Shown here: positions 1 through 9,691 of the stretch, one piece after another
Layout of the letters: every line of letters starts with the position of its first letter
How positions within the stretch are numbered: position 1 is the stretch's first letter
Assembly (NCBI GenBank): GCA_963666975.2
Contig: CAXVYR010000004.1
Location: 1,536,001-1,600,000, forward strand
Direction: 5' to 3'
DNA: 64,000 nucleotides
Source of the DNA: Terriglobia bacterium
GTDB taxonomy: Bacteria; Acidobacteriota; Terriglobia; 2-12-FULL-54-10
Notes under the pieces: model-generated
Told to the model about the DNA's origin: nothing
The model's database searches: none
The model's input: the letters and a program-made list of their open reading frames with translations, nothing else
Made by a program: the position numbers and the translations under genes

Positions 1-808
1 GGAAAATTCGCTCGTCGGGAATGAAGACATTATCAAAGATGACCAACCCCTCGACCATCGCAGCGCGGTTGGCTACGGGATAATCCACCAGCCCTTCCTC
101 CCAAGCGCCGGACCGCGCGATGATGCGGATGCCTTGGGTATTGGCCGGGATGGCGAAGGCCACCGCGTAATCGCGGTCCGCCTCCGCCATGGCGCGCGTC
201 GGCAGCACGCAGAACTCGTTGGTGTAGGGAGCCGTGGTGATGTGGGCCTTGGCTCCCCTGACGATCATGCCCCCGTCCACCCGGCGGACCTTTCGCACGT
301 AAAGGTCCGGGTCGGCTTGCTGGGAGGGGCGCAGGCTGCGGTCTCCTTTGACGTCGGTCATGGTGATGGAGATGCTGGGGTCTTCCCGCTGGAGGATGCA
401 GCGAAACGCTTCCAGGCGCTCGGCGTAACGGCTGCCGGTCGAGGCGTCGCAGTGCGCGGTGAGGATGGCCAGGGCGTTGACGGCGTCCGAGCCGCCCTCC
501 TTCGCGAACGGCGGAAACCCGAAACAAATCCGGCTGCCGGTCTCGGCCAGCTTCCTCCGCAGCAGCAGGTCCTGGGGCGACCGGGGAGGCAGGAAAAACC
601 GGCTGAAGGCCTCGCCCTCCGGCGTCTGGACCACGGCCAACTCCCGAAACTCCGGCGTCTCGGCCAGCTCATAGTCCACGGCCGAGGAATCCACGCCTAT
701 CTTCAGGACCGGATGCGTGGTGACGTCTTCCACGCGCTGGCCCTTGTAGTAAACGACGCGGCCGTCTTTTAAGCTGTTACGGAATTGCTCCGGAGTTCGC
801 AGTCCCAT
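1..808 (-). CDS. 4-hydroxyphenylacetate 3-hydroxylase / 4-hydroxybutyryl-CoA dehydratase family protein (partial, runs off window)
   Basis: Manual translation, absent from the ORF track because there is no stop in the window: MGLRTPEQFRNSLKDGRVVYYKGQRVEDVTTHP...TMTDVKGDRSLRPSQQADPDLYV...IVRGAKAHIT...VIFDNVFIPDERIF, typical of the HpaB/AbfD family. Confidence 0.8.
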   Translation of the reverse strand, partial: MGLRTPEQFRNSLKDGRVVYYKGQRVEDVTTHPVLKIGVDSSAVDYELAETPEFRELAVVQTPEGEAFSRFFLPPRSPQDLLLRRKLAETGSRICFGFPPFAKEGGSDAVNALAILTAHCDASTGSRYAERLEAFRCILQREDPSISITMTDVKGDRSLRPSQQADPDLYVRKVRRVDGGMIVRGAKAHITTAPYTNEFCVLPTRAMAEADRDYAVAFAIPANTQGIRIIARSGAWEEGLVDYPVANRAAMVEGLVIFDNVFIPDERIF

Positions 809-977
809 TGGAAACCCTTTCGTGCTCCTGTGGATGTTATTGGCGCTCCATGCCGCGCGCGCATGGTAGCCACGGCGAGCGCTTTTTCTCGCCGTGGGTT
901 TTTCTCAAATTTACAGACCCACGGCAAATTGGAACTGCAAATTTGCCGTGGCTACCCCTGTCCCTAACGGCCGTCTT

Positions 978-1892
978 CTAATCAACCTGCACCAGGCGCT
1001 GGAACTGCTGGAAGCGGGCGTCGATCAGCTCCCGGCTGAGATGGCGCAGGCGCTCCAGGCCGAACTTTTCCACGGTGAAGCTGCCCATCACCGAGCCGTA
1101 GATCATGGCGCGGCGAAAGTCGTTCTCCTCCGAGCCTTGCGCCGCCGCGCCGCGCGAGGCGAGGTATCCCATGAAGCCGCCTGCAAAACTGTCTCCGGCT
1201 CCGGTGGGGTCGAAGATTTCTTCCAGCGGCAGCGCGGGGGCGCAGAAAACCTCTTTTTTCCGAAACATCGTGGCCCCGTTGTCTCCCCGCTTGATGACCA
1301 CGGTCGAGGGCCCCAAGGCGCGGATCGCGCGGGCCGCCTTCAGTAGATTGTATTCTCCGCTGAACTGGCGGGCTTCGGAATCATTGATAATGACCGCGTG
1401 CAGCCCTCGCAGCGTCTTCTCCAGCTCCGCCCGTTTCCCTTCGATCCAGAAATTCATGGTGTCGCCCGCAATGAGGGCGGGAGCCTCCATCTGTCCCTGC
1501 ACGAGCGACTGCAACTCCGGGTCGATGTTGCCCAAAAACAGGTAAGGCGATTTGCGGTAATGCGGGGGGAGCTTCGGTTGGAACGAGGCGAAGACATTCA
1601 ATTGGGTGTCGAGCGTCGTGCGCTCGTTCATGTCCGCATTGTATTCGCCCGACCAGAAAAATGTTTTTCCGGGAACGCGCTCCAGCCCTTCGGTGCCGAT
1701 CTTCCGCTCCGTAAAAACGCCGTGGTGCTCCTCCCCGAAGTCGTCTCCCACCACGCCTACCACCTGCACCTGGGTAAAGTAGCTGGCCGCGACGGAAAAA
1801 TACGTGGCCGAGCCGCCCAGCATGCGGTCCACTTTCCCTCGCGGGCTGCTCACCGCGTCGAAAGCAACCGATCCTACAACCAACAATGTCAT
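978..1892 (-). CDS. PfkB-family carbohydrate/nucleoside kinase
   Basis: GGSATYFS and DPTGAGDSFAGG PfkB signatures; ATG at 1892 preceded by AGGAG. Confidence 0.9.
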   Translation of the reverse strand: MTLLVVGSVAFDAVSSPRGKVDRMLGGSATYFSVAASYFTQVQVVGVVGDDFGEEHHGVFTERKIGTEGLERVPGKTFFWSGEYNADMNERTTLDTQLNVFASFQPKLPPHYRKSPYLFLGNIDPELQSLVQGQMEAPALIAGDTMNFWIEGKRAELEKTLRGLHAVIINDSEARQFSGEYNLLKAARAIRALGPSTVVIKRGDNGATMFRKKEVFCAPALPLEEIFDPTGAGDSFAGGFMGYLASRGAAAQGSEENDFRRAMIYGSVMGSFTVEKFGLERLRHLSRELIDARFQQFQRLVQVD

Positions 1893-1917
1893 GAGTTCGC
1901 TCCTAAGAGGGTTTTGG

Positions 1918-2781
1918 CTATGAAAGATATTTGCCGACGAGCAGCTCAAATTTTTTCCGCGTTTCGGGGGGGATCACCGCGCGGTCGGTTATGATAGAGG
2001 CTGCCAGCGCCGAGCCGCAACCGCAGGACCGCTCGTCCGGCATTCCTTCGATCGCTCGCAACAGCACCTGAGCGGCATTCTCAGAATTTTTCATCAAGTT
2101 GGCGATGATCTCCTGGACGGTGACGGCCTCGTGACCCGGATGCCAGCAATCGTAATCGGTCACCATCGCCACGGTGACGTAACAGAGCTCGGCCTCCCGC
2201 GCCAGCTTGGCCTCCTGCAGATTGGTCATCCCAATCACGTCCATCCCCCAGGACCGGTAGACGTTGGATTCGGCCTTGGTGGAAAAGGCGGGACCCTCCA
2301 TGCAGAGATAGGTGCCGCCGCGGGTGGCCAGCACACCAGCGTCCCGGCAAGCCGCCTCCAACACGCCGAGCAGCACGGGGCAGACGGGATCGGCAAAGGA
2401 GACGTGCACCACCAAGCCGTCGCCGAAAAACGTGGAGCGGCGGTGGCGGGTGCGGTCATAAAACTGGTCCGGCAGAACGAACGACAACGGCTTATGTTCC
2501 TCCTTCAACGATCCCACGGCGCTGAAGGAGATGATGCGCTCGACGCCGAGCATCCGGAAGCCGTAAATGTTGGCGCGGAAATTCATATCCGAGGGCAAAA
2601 TCCGGTGCCCCCGCCCGTGCCGGGCCAGGAAGGCGATTCGCCTGCCCTGCAAGGTGCCGAGCATGTAGCTGTCCGAGGGAGGCCCCCAGGGGGTGTCGAG
2701 AGAAACCGCTTCTATGCTTTCCAGGCCGGGCAGGGAATACAGCCCGCTTCCTCCGATGACTCCGATTTCCGCTTGTGACAT
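1918..2781 (-). CDS. mtnP: S-methyl-5'-thioadenosine phosphorylase
   Basis: IGVIGGSGLY, ARHGRGH, EGPAFSTKAES, IGMTNLQEAKLAREA and VTDYDCW motifs. Confidence 0.93.
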   Translation of the reverse strand: MSQAEIGVIGGSGLYSLPGLESIEAVSLDTPWGPPSDSYMLGTLQGRRIAFLARHGRGHRILPSDMNFRANIYGFRMLGVERIISFSAVGSLKEEHKPLSFVLPDQFYDRTRHRRSTFFGDGLVVHVSFADPVCPVLLGVLEAACRDAGVLATRGGTYLCMEGPAFSTKAESNVYRSWGMDVIGMTNLQEAKLAREAELCYVTVAMVTDYDCWHPGHEAVTVQEIIANLMKNSENAAQVLLRAIEGMPDERSCGCGSALAASIITDRAVIPPETRKKFELLVGKYLS

Positions 2782-2810
2782 GTTGTTCCGGGTTTTCTCC
2801 TTCCGTCCCT

Positions 2811-3317
2811 TCATCTTTTTTTATGCGCTGGCGGCAGCCCTTCCACCAACTCCAGCAACACTCCTCCTGTACTCTGGGGATGAACAAAGACGTAGCGATG
2901 TCCTCCCGCGCCGACCGCCGGTTCCGGATTCACCAGCCTGACGCCGCGTTCCTGAAGCCGGGCCACCGTGGCCCGCAGGTCCGGCACCCGAAGGCAGATG
3001 TGATGCAGCCCCGCTCCGCGCTTGGCGAGGAACTTCCCGATGGGAGAATCAGTCTCGGTGGGCTCCAGCAGTTCTATGCGGGTTTCCCCCAACGGCAGCA
3101 AGGCCACGTTGGTTTTTTCCTGCGGGATCGTCTCGTAGCCGGAGACGCACAAGCCCAGCGTTCGCTCGTAAAAATCGACGGCTTTCGCCAGGGACTCGAC
3201 CGCCACGCCCAGGTGGTCCAAGACAAACTTCTCGTTGCTGAGCTTACCGTTCAGTTTCACACCGTTCTGCTTCAAATGGTTCTGCATCACACTGGCCTGC
3301 TGATTCTGAGGTTTCAA
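2811..3317 (-). CDS. mce: Methylmalonyl-CoA epimerase
   Basis: VOC fold with DHLGVAV, IELLEP, GLHHICL and FVHPQSTGGVLLELVE; adjacent to meaB. Start uncertain (TTG 3317 or a later ATG). Confidence 0.88.
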   Translation of the reverse strand: MKPQNQQASVMQNHLKQNGVKLNGKLSNEKFVLDHLGVAVESLAKAVDFYERTLGLCVSGYETIPQEKTNVALLPLGETRIELLEPTETDSPIGKFLAKRGAGLHHICLRVPDLRATVARLQERGVRLVNPEPAVGAGGHRYVFVHPQSTGGVLLELVEGLPPAHKKR

Positions 3318-4120
3318 TCCTGTGATACCCTGGGCAGTTTCCGTCTGCCCCCGGCCTTGGAAAAATCCCGATACTTCTCTATCGCCTCCAGCAACTGTTC
3401 CACGCCTTTATTTTCGGTGGCGACCGTCTTCACAATGGGCGGTTGCCATTCCTCCATGCGCGGCGCCACACTCAACAAGGACTGCACTTCCTGCTCCACA
3501 CGCTCCGCGCCGGGAAGGTCCGATTTGTTGAGGACGAACACATCGGCGATCTCCATGACTCCGGCCTTCATGGCCTGCACATCGTCGCCCATGCCGGGAG
3601 CGAGCAGTACCAGCGTGACGTCGGCCAGCCTGGCGATCTCCACCTCGGCCTGGCCCACGCCTACCGTCTCAATCAGGATATATTCCTTTCCGGCGGCGTC
3701 CAACACCCGAGCGGCGTCCAGCGTGGCGCGGCTGACACCTCCCAGCGACCCGCGCGTCGCCATGCTGCGGATATAGGCGCCCGCGTCATTGGCCTGCGTC
3801 CGCATGCGAATCCGGTCGCCCAGCAGGGCCCCTCCGCTGAAGGGGCTGGATGGATCGACGGCCAGAATGCCCACCGTCTTGCCTCGGGTTTGCAGAAGCG
3901 CCGCCAGGCAGTCCACCAGATTGCTCTTGCCGGAGCCGACGGCGCCGGTCACGCCGATCAGGGCAGCCCGCCCTGTGTGAGGAAGCAGCGCTTGCAACAA
4001 CTCCTGCCCCTGCGCTTCGCCGTCCTCGATCCAGCTAATTGCCCGCGAGATGGCGGGAACATCCCCTTGGCGAATCCGTTCCACCCAGTTGGCAATGTCT
4101 TTCTGCATTCTTTCAGCCAT
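3314..4120 (-). CDS. meaB: Methylmalonyl-CoA mutase-associated GTPase MeaB
   Basis: GVTGAVGSGKS, AVDPSSPFSGGALLGDRIRM, IETVGVGQAE and NKSD motifs; start taken at MAERMQK. Confidence 0.9.
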   Translation of the reverse strand: MAERMQKDIANWVERIRQGDVPAISRAISWIEDGEAQGQELLQALLPHTGRAALIGVTGAVGSGKSNLVDCLAALLQTRGKTVGILAVDPSSPFSGGALLGDRIRMRTQANDAGAYIRSMATRGSLGGVSRATLDAARVLDAAGKEYILIETVGVGQAEVEIARLADVTLVLLAPGMGDDVQAMKAGVMEIADVFVLNKSDLPGAERVEQEVQSLLSVAPRMEEWQPPIVKTVATENKGVEQLLEAIEKYRDFSKAGGRRKLPRVSQD

Positions 4121-4327
4121 GGCTTTTGAGCAATTGCCGCGCAATCCCCGGGCATTGTATTTCGCCGCTGCCACCCCGGTTCCCGCCCCGCAGCAACTCG
4201 CCAGGCGCTCGTTACCTCTCTTGCGCTTGCTGGCTGTTTGGGGAAGCGAGGCTGGGCCAAAGGAAAAAATGAAAACAATGTACTGATAACACAAGCAGAG
4301 TGGCAGGTCAACGACAGGCAGCCTGCC

Positions 4328-5746
4328 TGTCGTTAGCACATGATATGTCCGGTGGAAATAGCAAGTGAAGTGTCCGCTTGGAAGGCGGTCTGGGGTAAGA
4401 GCATCTATCCAGGAGGTGGAGATGGAGTCATACCCGAGGGCCGCGATGGAGCGGGCAATGAAGATACAAGAAGTAATCTTGCGAGCGATAGGGAAGCGGA
4501 TCAACTGGTGGCAGGCAGCCGAGATCATCGGGATCAGCGACCGGCAGATGCGGCGGTGGCGCAGCCGGTAGGAGCAGTACGGCTACGACGGGCTGTTTGA
4601 CCGGCGGCGGGGGAAACCAAGCCCGCGGCGGGTACCCCTGAGGACGGTGGAGAAGGTGCTGGGGCTGTATCAGGAGAAGTACTTTGACTTCAACGTGCGG
4701 CACTTTCACGAGAAGCTGCGGGAAGAGCACGGCCTCCGGCTGAGCTATACGTGGGTAAAGCTGGCGTTGCAGGGGGCGGGGTTGGTAAACAAGAGGCGGA
4801 AGCGGGGCGTGCACCGCCAGCGGCGGCCCCGGCGGCCGTTGCCGGGGATGCTGCTGCATCTGGATGGGAGCCAACATCAGTGGTTTGTCGATGATCGCTG
4901 GTATGACCTGCTGGTGGTTCTGGATGATGCCAGCAGCGAGATTTACTATGCGCAACTGGTGGAGCAGGAATCGACGCGGACGGTACTGGCTGCCCTGCGG
5001 GAGGTGGTCGAGCAACAGGGGGTCTTTTGCGCCCTTTATAGCGACCGGGCCAGTCATTTCTTCCTGACCCGGAAGGCGGGCGAGCCGGTGGATCGGCAAC
5101 GGCCGACCCAGGTGGGCCGTGCACTGCGGGATCTGGGCATTCAGATGATTCCGGCCTACTCGCCGCAGGCGCGAGGACGTGGCGAGCGGAATTTCGGGAC
5201 CTGGCAAGGGCGGCTGCCACAAGAGTTGCGCCTGCGGGAGATTACTACGGTCGAGGCAGCGAATGGGTTCCTGCGGAAGGGCTATATCGGGGAGTTCAAT
5301 CGGCGCTTTGCCGTGCCGGCCGCCCACCCGGGCAGCGCCTTTTTGCCGCCAGCCAGACGGGAGTTAGACCGCATCTTCTCGATCCAGCACGAACGGGTAG
5401 TGAATCGGGACAATACGGTCAGTCTGGAGAACCGCCTCCTCCAGATCGAGAAAACTCCCTGGCGCGGGACTCTGGCGGGCTGCCGTGTGACCGTCTATGA
5501 ACACCTGGATGGGACGTTGAGCATTGGCTATGGACCGCACACAGTGGGTCGCTACTCCTCCGAGGGGGTGGCGATCCGGTGCGGCGCTCGGCGGCGGAGC
5601 CCCGTGGCTTCCCGACGACACCATTCGGCGCTCACCTCAGTCGCCCTACGGGCTCCTTCGGTCAGCGCCGAACCACTCTCGGTAGGATCATGAAACCGGA
5701 CACTTCACTTGCTACAAATACCGGACATTTTAACTTGCTAACAACA
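4328..5746 (+). mobile_element. Insertion sequence, IS1202 (ex-ISNCY)/IS481-like
   Basis: Ends 5'-TGTCGTTAGCA...TAGCAAGTGAAGTGTCCG and CGGACACTTCACTTGCTA...TTGCTAACAACA-3' form ~50-bp imperfect inverted repeats with TGT/ACA termini; rve-type DDE transposase inside; no target duplication visible. Confidence 0.88.
4422..5693 (+). pseudogene. DDE transposase interrupted by an in-frame TAG at 4569-4571
   Basis: ORFs 4365-4571 and 4647-5693 share a frame; RWRSR*EQYGYDGLFDRRRG reads continuously; LHLDGSQHQWF, YSDRASHF and PQARGRGERNF motifs. Confidence 0.85.
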
Positions 5747-6112
5747 CATCGCTCGCACGCCTTCCTGTGCCAGCAGCGCCCCGATCCTGCGCGCCACATC
5801 GTTGACCTCATCGCCGGTGTGATGAAACTCCAGGTTGGCAATCGAGCGGGCCGGTGTACGGATGTTCTCGCGGTTCATGCGGCAGACAAAACTCACCAGC
5901 GTCTTCGCTCGGGGAAAGGCGGCCAGAATGTCCTCGCGCTGGTCGGCGATCTCCGGCCTCTCCATCTCCACAAAGCCCGCGTCGTCGGCCCCGGCTTCCA
6001 GACAAAGTTGCCGCAACCATGCGGAGTCCAGCTTGGCCGGCCTTGTTGGCTCGGAGCTGGCCACCTCCAGCTCGTAGAATCTTTTCACCGTCGGATGTTC
6101 AGTCAGTTGCAT
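5747..6112 (-). pseudogene. QueG/reductive-dehalogenase-like Fe-S protein N-terminus, truncated by the IS
   Basis: LCLEAGADDAGFV...FPRAKTLVSFVCRMNRENIR...ANLEFHH; the frame runs into the IS right end and lacks the C-terminal Cys clusters. Confidence 0.6.
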
Positions 6113-6238
6113 GATTGATGCCTCCTTATCCATATCCATTCCCAAATTAAAATCATCCAATTCCCCCGGCGTGGTTAACCCTAGCCTGCTTGCCGCAGCA
6201 CAGGACGCAAGGGAACCGAGAAACCAACATTTTGTTTG

Positions 6239-6478
6239 TCATGCGATGCGAGCCATTCCTCTGAATCCGACGAATAGACGGAGTTCCGGATCGATGGGTG
6301 ATTCTGCTGCCGTCCGTATTTTTCCATATTCAGCGCCGGCATCCCGCAGCATCTCAGCCCGGGGGCTGGAGCGGCGAACGAAGGCGCGCACGGGAAATTC
6401 CTTTTCCAAAAGTTGCTTTGCTGTAGCGAATCCGGTTTTGCCGGCTGCCGAGGTTACAAGAATCTTGGGTTTAGTCAT
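6239..6478 (-). pseudogene. NmrA/SDR-like NAD(P)-binding protein fragment
   Basis: MTKPKILVTSAAGKTGFATAKQLLEKEFPVRAFVRR Rossmann start; similarity stops after about 50 aa. Confidence 0.6.
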
Positions 6479-6502
6479 GGTTCTGTTCTCCTTTTCATGT
6501 GT

Positions 6503-6514
6503 ATGTATATACAT
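6503..6514. promoter_or_regulatory. Palindromic operator candidate (ATGTATATACAT)
   Basis: Perfect 12-bp palindrome between the marR-like gene and the nmrA-like start. Confidence 0.45.
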
Positions 6515-6533
6515 CTAATAGACCGAAAAAAAG

Positions 6534-6947
6534 TCACCCCTCTTCCGTTGCCCGTGTCACCCGGACCAGAACCTCCTGCAAGCTGCTCCATTCCTTCTGC
6601 CCCAAGGCCTTCCCCAACCGCCTCTGGGCCCGTTCCCAATAAGGCTGTGCCCGTTCCAGTTCTCGCTTCCCCGCCGTTGTCAGCCGCCAGAGCCGCTCCC
6701 GGCGGTCCTGTCCGCGTCTGGATGAGATCCACCCGCGCGCCCGCAACGGGGCCAGGCTGCGCGTCAGCGTGGTGCTGTCGAGGATGAGCCTCCGCCCCAA
6801 TCCTCCCTGAGTCACTTCACCCATGGAGTTGAGCACCATCAGCAGGGTGAACTGAGTCGGCTCCAATCCGGTGGGCCGAAGTTCTTCGTCGTAGAGTTGG
6901 GTCACCGCGCGCGAGGCCCGGCGCAGGTTGGCACAGGCGCAGGGCAG
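6534..6947 (-). CDS. MarR-family transcriptional regulator (no canonical start found)
   Basis: CACANLRRASRAVTQLYD, LDSTTLTRSL and DRRERLWRLTTAG winged HTH; only CTG is available downstream of the preceding gene. Confidence 0.75.
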   Translation of the reverse strand: MPCACANLRRASRAVTQLYDEELRPTGLEPTQFTLLMVLNSMGEVTQGGLGRRLILDSTTLTRSLAPLRARGWISSRRGQDRRERLWRLTTAGKRELERAQPYWERAQRRLGKALGQKEWSSLQEVLVRVTRATEEG

Positions 6948-6964
6948 AGCCCCCGGCGAGTTTC

Positions 6965-8191
6965 TCAGCGGAGACGGCGGTAGATGTTGAAACCCAGGGT
7001 GAAGTCCTTGATGCCGTCGGTCACGGAGCGGCTGGTGGTGGTGCCCGGCGAGTTCGTCAGCACCAGCTCGAAGACGTGGCGGTTGGTGCTGCGCTGAATG
7101 CCGAACGAGTACGCATTGCGGGAAAAGCGCCCGCGAAAGCCCGCCACGCGGGGCATCCATTCGACGACAAAGGCGCTGCGAGGCCGGAACCGGATGCTGG
7201 CTCCCAATCCGACCGCCGCCATATGGCTTCGCGACTGACCCTCCGGATCAAATTGCGTGGCGAAGGAGGCGAAAGGGTTGGCATTGAAGCTCGCCATGGG
7301 AACCACGAAAACTTCGGCTAGGTTTGAAATCGCGCGGGAAACAGGAAAGACGAGGTTGGTCGTGTAGAAATCCTGGAAATTGTTCCGTCCTTCCACCGTG
7401 GCCCGGATGGAGGCCGAGAGGGGCTTGTTGCCTCCCTGCCGCAGAAGCTGGAATGCGCCGCCCATTTCAATCGTCTGATCCAAAGGGCTGCGATAGACGA
7501 TGGCCGCCAGACGGCTGGTGATCCCGGCTTCCCCTCCCAGAGAGGAAAAAGAAAAGCTGTCGAACCCGTAGAGATCGCCGATGCCGGAATCGAAGACCGG
7601 CTGCGTAAAGCGATGCGTAAAGCGCATGCTGAGGCTACCGCGCTCGTGAGGCACGTTGGTGGGGAGATTCACCAGGTAGTGATCGAACGTCGGTTGCGTC
7701 CTCAACGGCAGCTTCGCCTCTGGCGTCGCGGCGGCGGGGGGCGGTGGCGCGGCAACCAAGCGGGCGGCCTGCTCGGGAGTAATCTGCTCCAGCTTCGCTT
7801 CTTTTAGATTCAGACGGAAGTGCTCGCCGTCCATTTCCAGAATCGTCTCTTGCTCGCCGGCCAGGAAGGTCGCTTTCAACTCTCCCCCGCCCGCCGGAAC
7901 AGGGTTGGATGCAACGCTGGGCAGAAAATGGCTGGGCCAGGCATGGCGAAACTCCGGCGTCACGATGTGGTCATTTTCCTCGAAGGCAGATCCGAAGGAA
8001 TTCCGGGGCCCTCCGCCTTGCGGGTTGATGTGGCAGGTGGAACACTGCCCGCGGAACTCCGCCCGGGAAAAAGGGTCCTGCGAAAAGCGCAGCAAGAACT
8101 CCGGCAACGCGTAGCCGCTTGTCCCACTCAAAAAAATGATTGCCCCGAATAAAAAAAAGACAATTCCCTTGATGTTCCGAACGGATCGCAC
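6965..8191 (-). CDS. Outer-membrane beta-barrel (DUF5777-like) with an N-terminal CxxCH heme-c motif
   Basis: Signal peptide, CSTCH, Pro/Ala linker, then RFTHRF...HVFELVLTNS...GFNIYRR barrel; GTG start after AAGGAG. Confidence 0.7.
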   Translation of the reverse strand: MRSVRNIKGIVFFLFGAIIFLSGTSGYALPEFLLRFSQDPFSRAEFRGQCSTCHINPQGGGPRNSFGSAFEENDHIVTPEFRHAWPSHFLPSVASNPVPAGGGELKATFLAGEQETILEMDGEHFRLNLKEAKLEQITPEQAARLVAAPPPPAAATPEAKLPLRTQPTFDHYLVNLPTNVPHERGSLSMRFTHRFTQPVFDSGIGDLYGFDSFSFSSLGGEAGITSRLAAIVYRSPLDQTIEMGGAFQLLRQGGNKPLSASIRATVEGRNNFQDFYTTNLVFPVSRAISNLAEVFVVPMASFNANPFASFATQFDPEGQSRSHMAAVGLGASIRFRPRSAFVVEWMPRVAGFRGRFSRNAYSFGIQRSTNRHVFELVLTNSPGTTTSRSVTDGIKDFTLGFNIYRRLR

Positions 8192-8288
8192 AGTTTTCTC
8201 CTTTGTAATTGAGGATGGTAAAAGAAGAAGTGAGCGGAGAGAGCTTGCACTGAACCGAAGCCCGATCCGGGCAGCACAAGACTTTTCA

Positions 8289-9638
8289 TTAATACCCATC
8301 GATCGGCGGCACCACTCCCCCCACTTCCAGGACGGGGATCGTCACAGTTTTGCCCGGATTGCTTTGCTTGCCGCCAATGCTCAGGACAATCGGAATAGTG
8401 CTCGACGTGCGGGTGCTCAAAGGCACAACTGCGTTGACCTGATTCAGACCGGCACAGCACCCAGCCAACCCGGCGAATTGAACGTCGGCATCAACACCAT
8501 CGATGGTCACTGTGACCGGCTCCACAGTTCGATGAGCCCCTAAACCAGTACTTTCCGGCAGAACGCCAGTTCCCACTGGCGGGTTCACTTGGCCGAGGCC
8601 CGTGCCGAAAATCACGATCACCTCGCCCGGCTGGGCGGGACTCTGGCCCGTGACCAGCGAGTTGTCTGCATGGAGGATCGCGCCCGCTCCGGATCCACCA
8701 GGGTTCGCTGTAAAAATGCCCGGCGAGACCGGGTCGATAAACACTGTGCGCGGAGTGCTGGTCTGGCCGTTCACCGTTACCTGGACCGAGGCCAAGCTGA
8801 CATCCGTCAACTCAGTGGGAATCTGGACGTTGAGCTGGCCCGGAGAGGCAGCGAAAATAGGCGCAGCAATCCCGTCAAACGTCACACCGGCTCCGGCCAG
8901 GGCTGTGGTCAGCTTGCCAGTGCTGGTGTCAATAAAGGTAGCTGCGGTCGTTCCATCGGTCAGATCACTTCCGAAGATGGAGACGATCGCGCCGGGCGCA
9001 AGCGGGTTGGGGTCCAGAGCAAAGCTGGCCCCATCGACCACTCCGCCGACGAACACCTCAGGCGGATTGGCTGAGACCTCCGGCGGTTGCGACGTGGCTG
9101 AGGCAGTATAGATGTTGTCTCCAGAAGGTCCGAAGTCGTTGTTGGCGCCATCGCCGGCGGCGTGGAAAATCACAGTGCCGGCGGAAACTTCCGGGGCCTG
9201 CCACATAAATTCGAAGCTCACCCCATCGGTTGTGCCCGGCCGGACCCCTGCAAGAGTGTGGCCGATGTACTGTATGCCATTGGAAGAACTCAGAAGCTGA
9301 GAACGGCCGTCAGCTCCGGGGATCAGATTGCCTGCCTGCTGGCCGGGCGGAGGGCTGTTTAGAATGCGGGCGCTGAGCTCAAATCCCCAGCTCTGGGCAA
9401 CAGAGTCGCTGACGGTGACACTGATCGGGAACGTGTCTCCACTGGTGTAAAACTCGGGGGCGGTGATAGTCACGCGGCCTGGACCCGAGTTCACAGTGCC
9501 GAAGTGACATACCGTGCAATTTCCCTCCCCGAACCCGTCTGTTCTACCCGCTGGAGGAGCCACGCGATTGGCAAAGAGGAGGAGTGCAATCGCGAAGGTC
9601 CCCCACAAAACACCCAACGTAGCCACTACCTTTTTTTT
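8289..9638 (-). pseudogene. Secreted Reeler/choice-of-anchor-V-like protein with CxxCH and a TIGR03437-like C-terminal domain; 5' end cut off by IS1595
   Basis: GEGNCTVCH, GFELSAR, FMWQAP, then APGAIVSIFGSDL...IFGTGLG...GLNQVN; the native first codons lie at 11802-11829. Confidence 0.75.
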
Positions 9639-9691
9639 GGGGGTTATATATTTAGCTTGACAAGATTCCGCAAATAGTTTAGAATGTAGCC

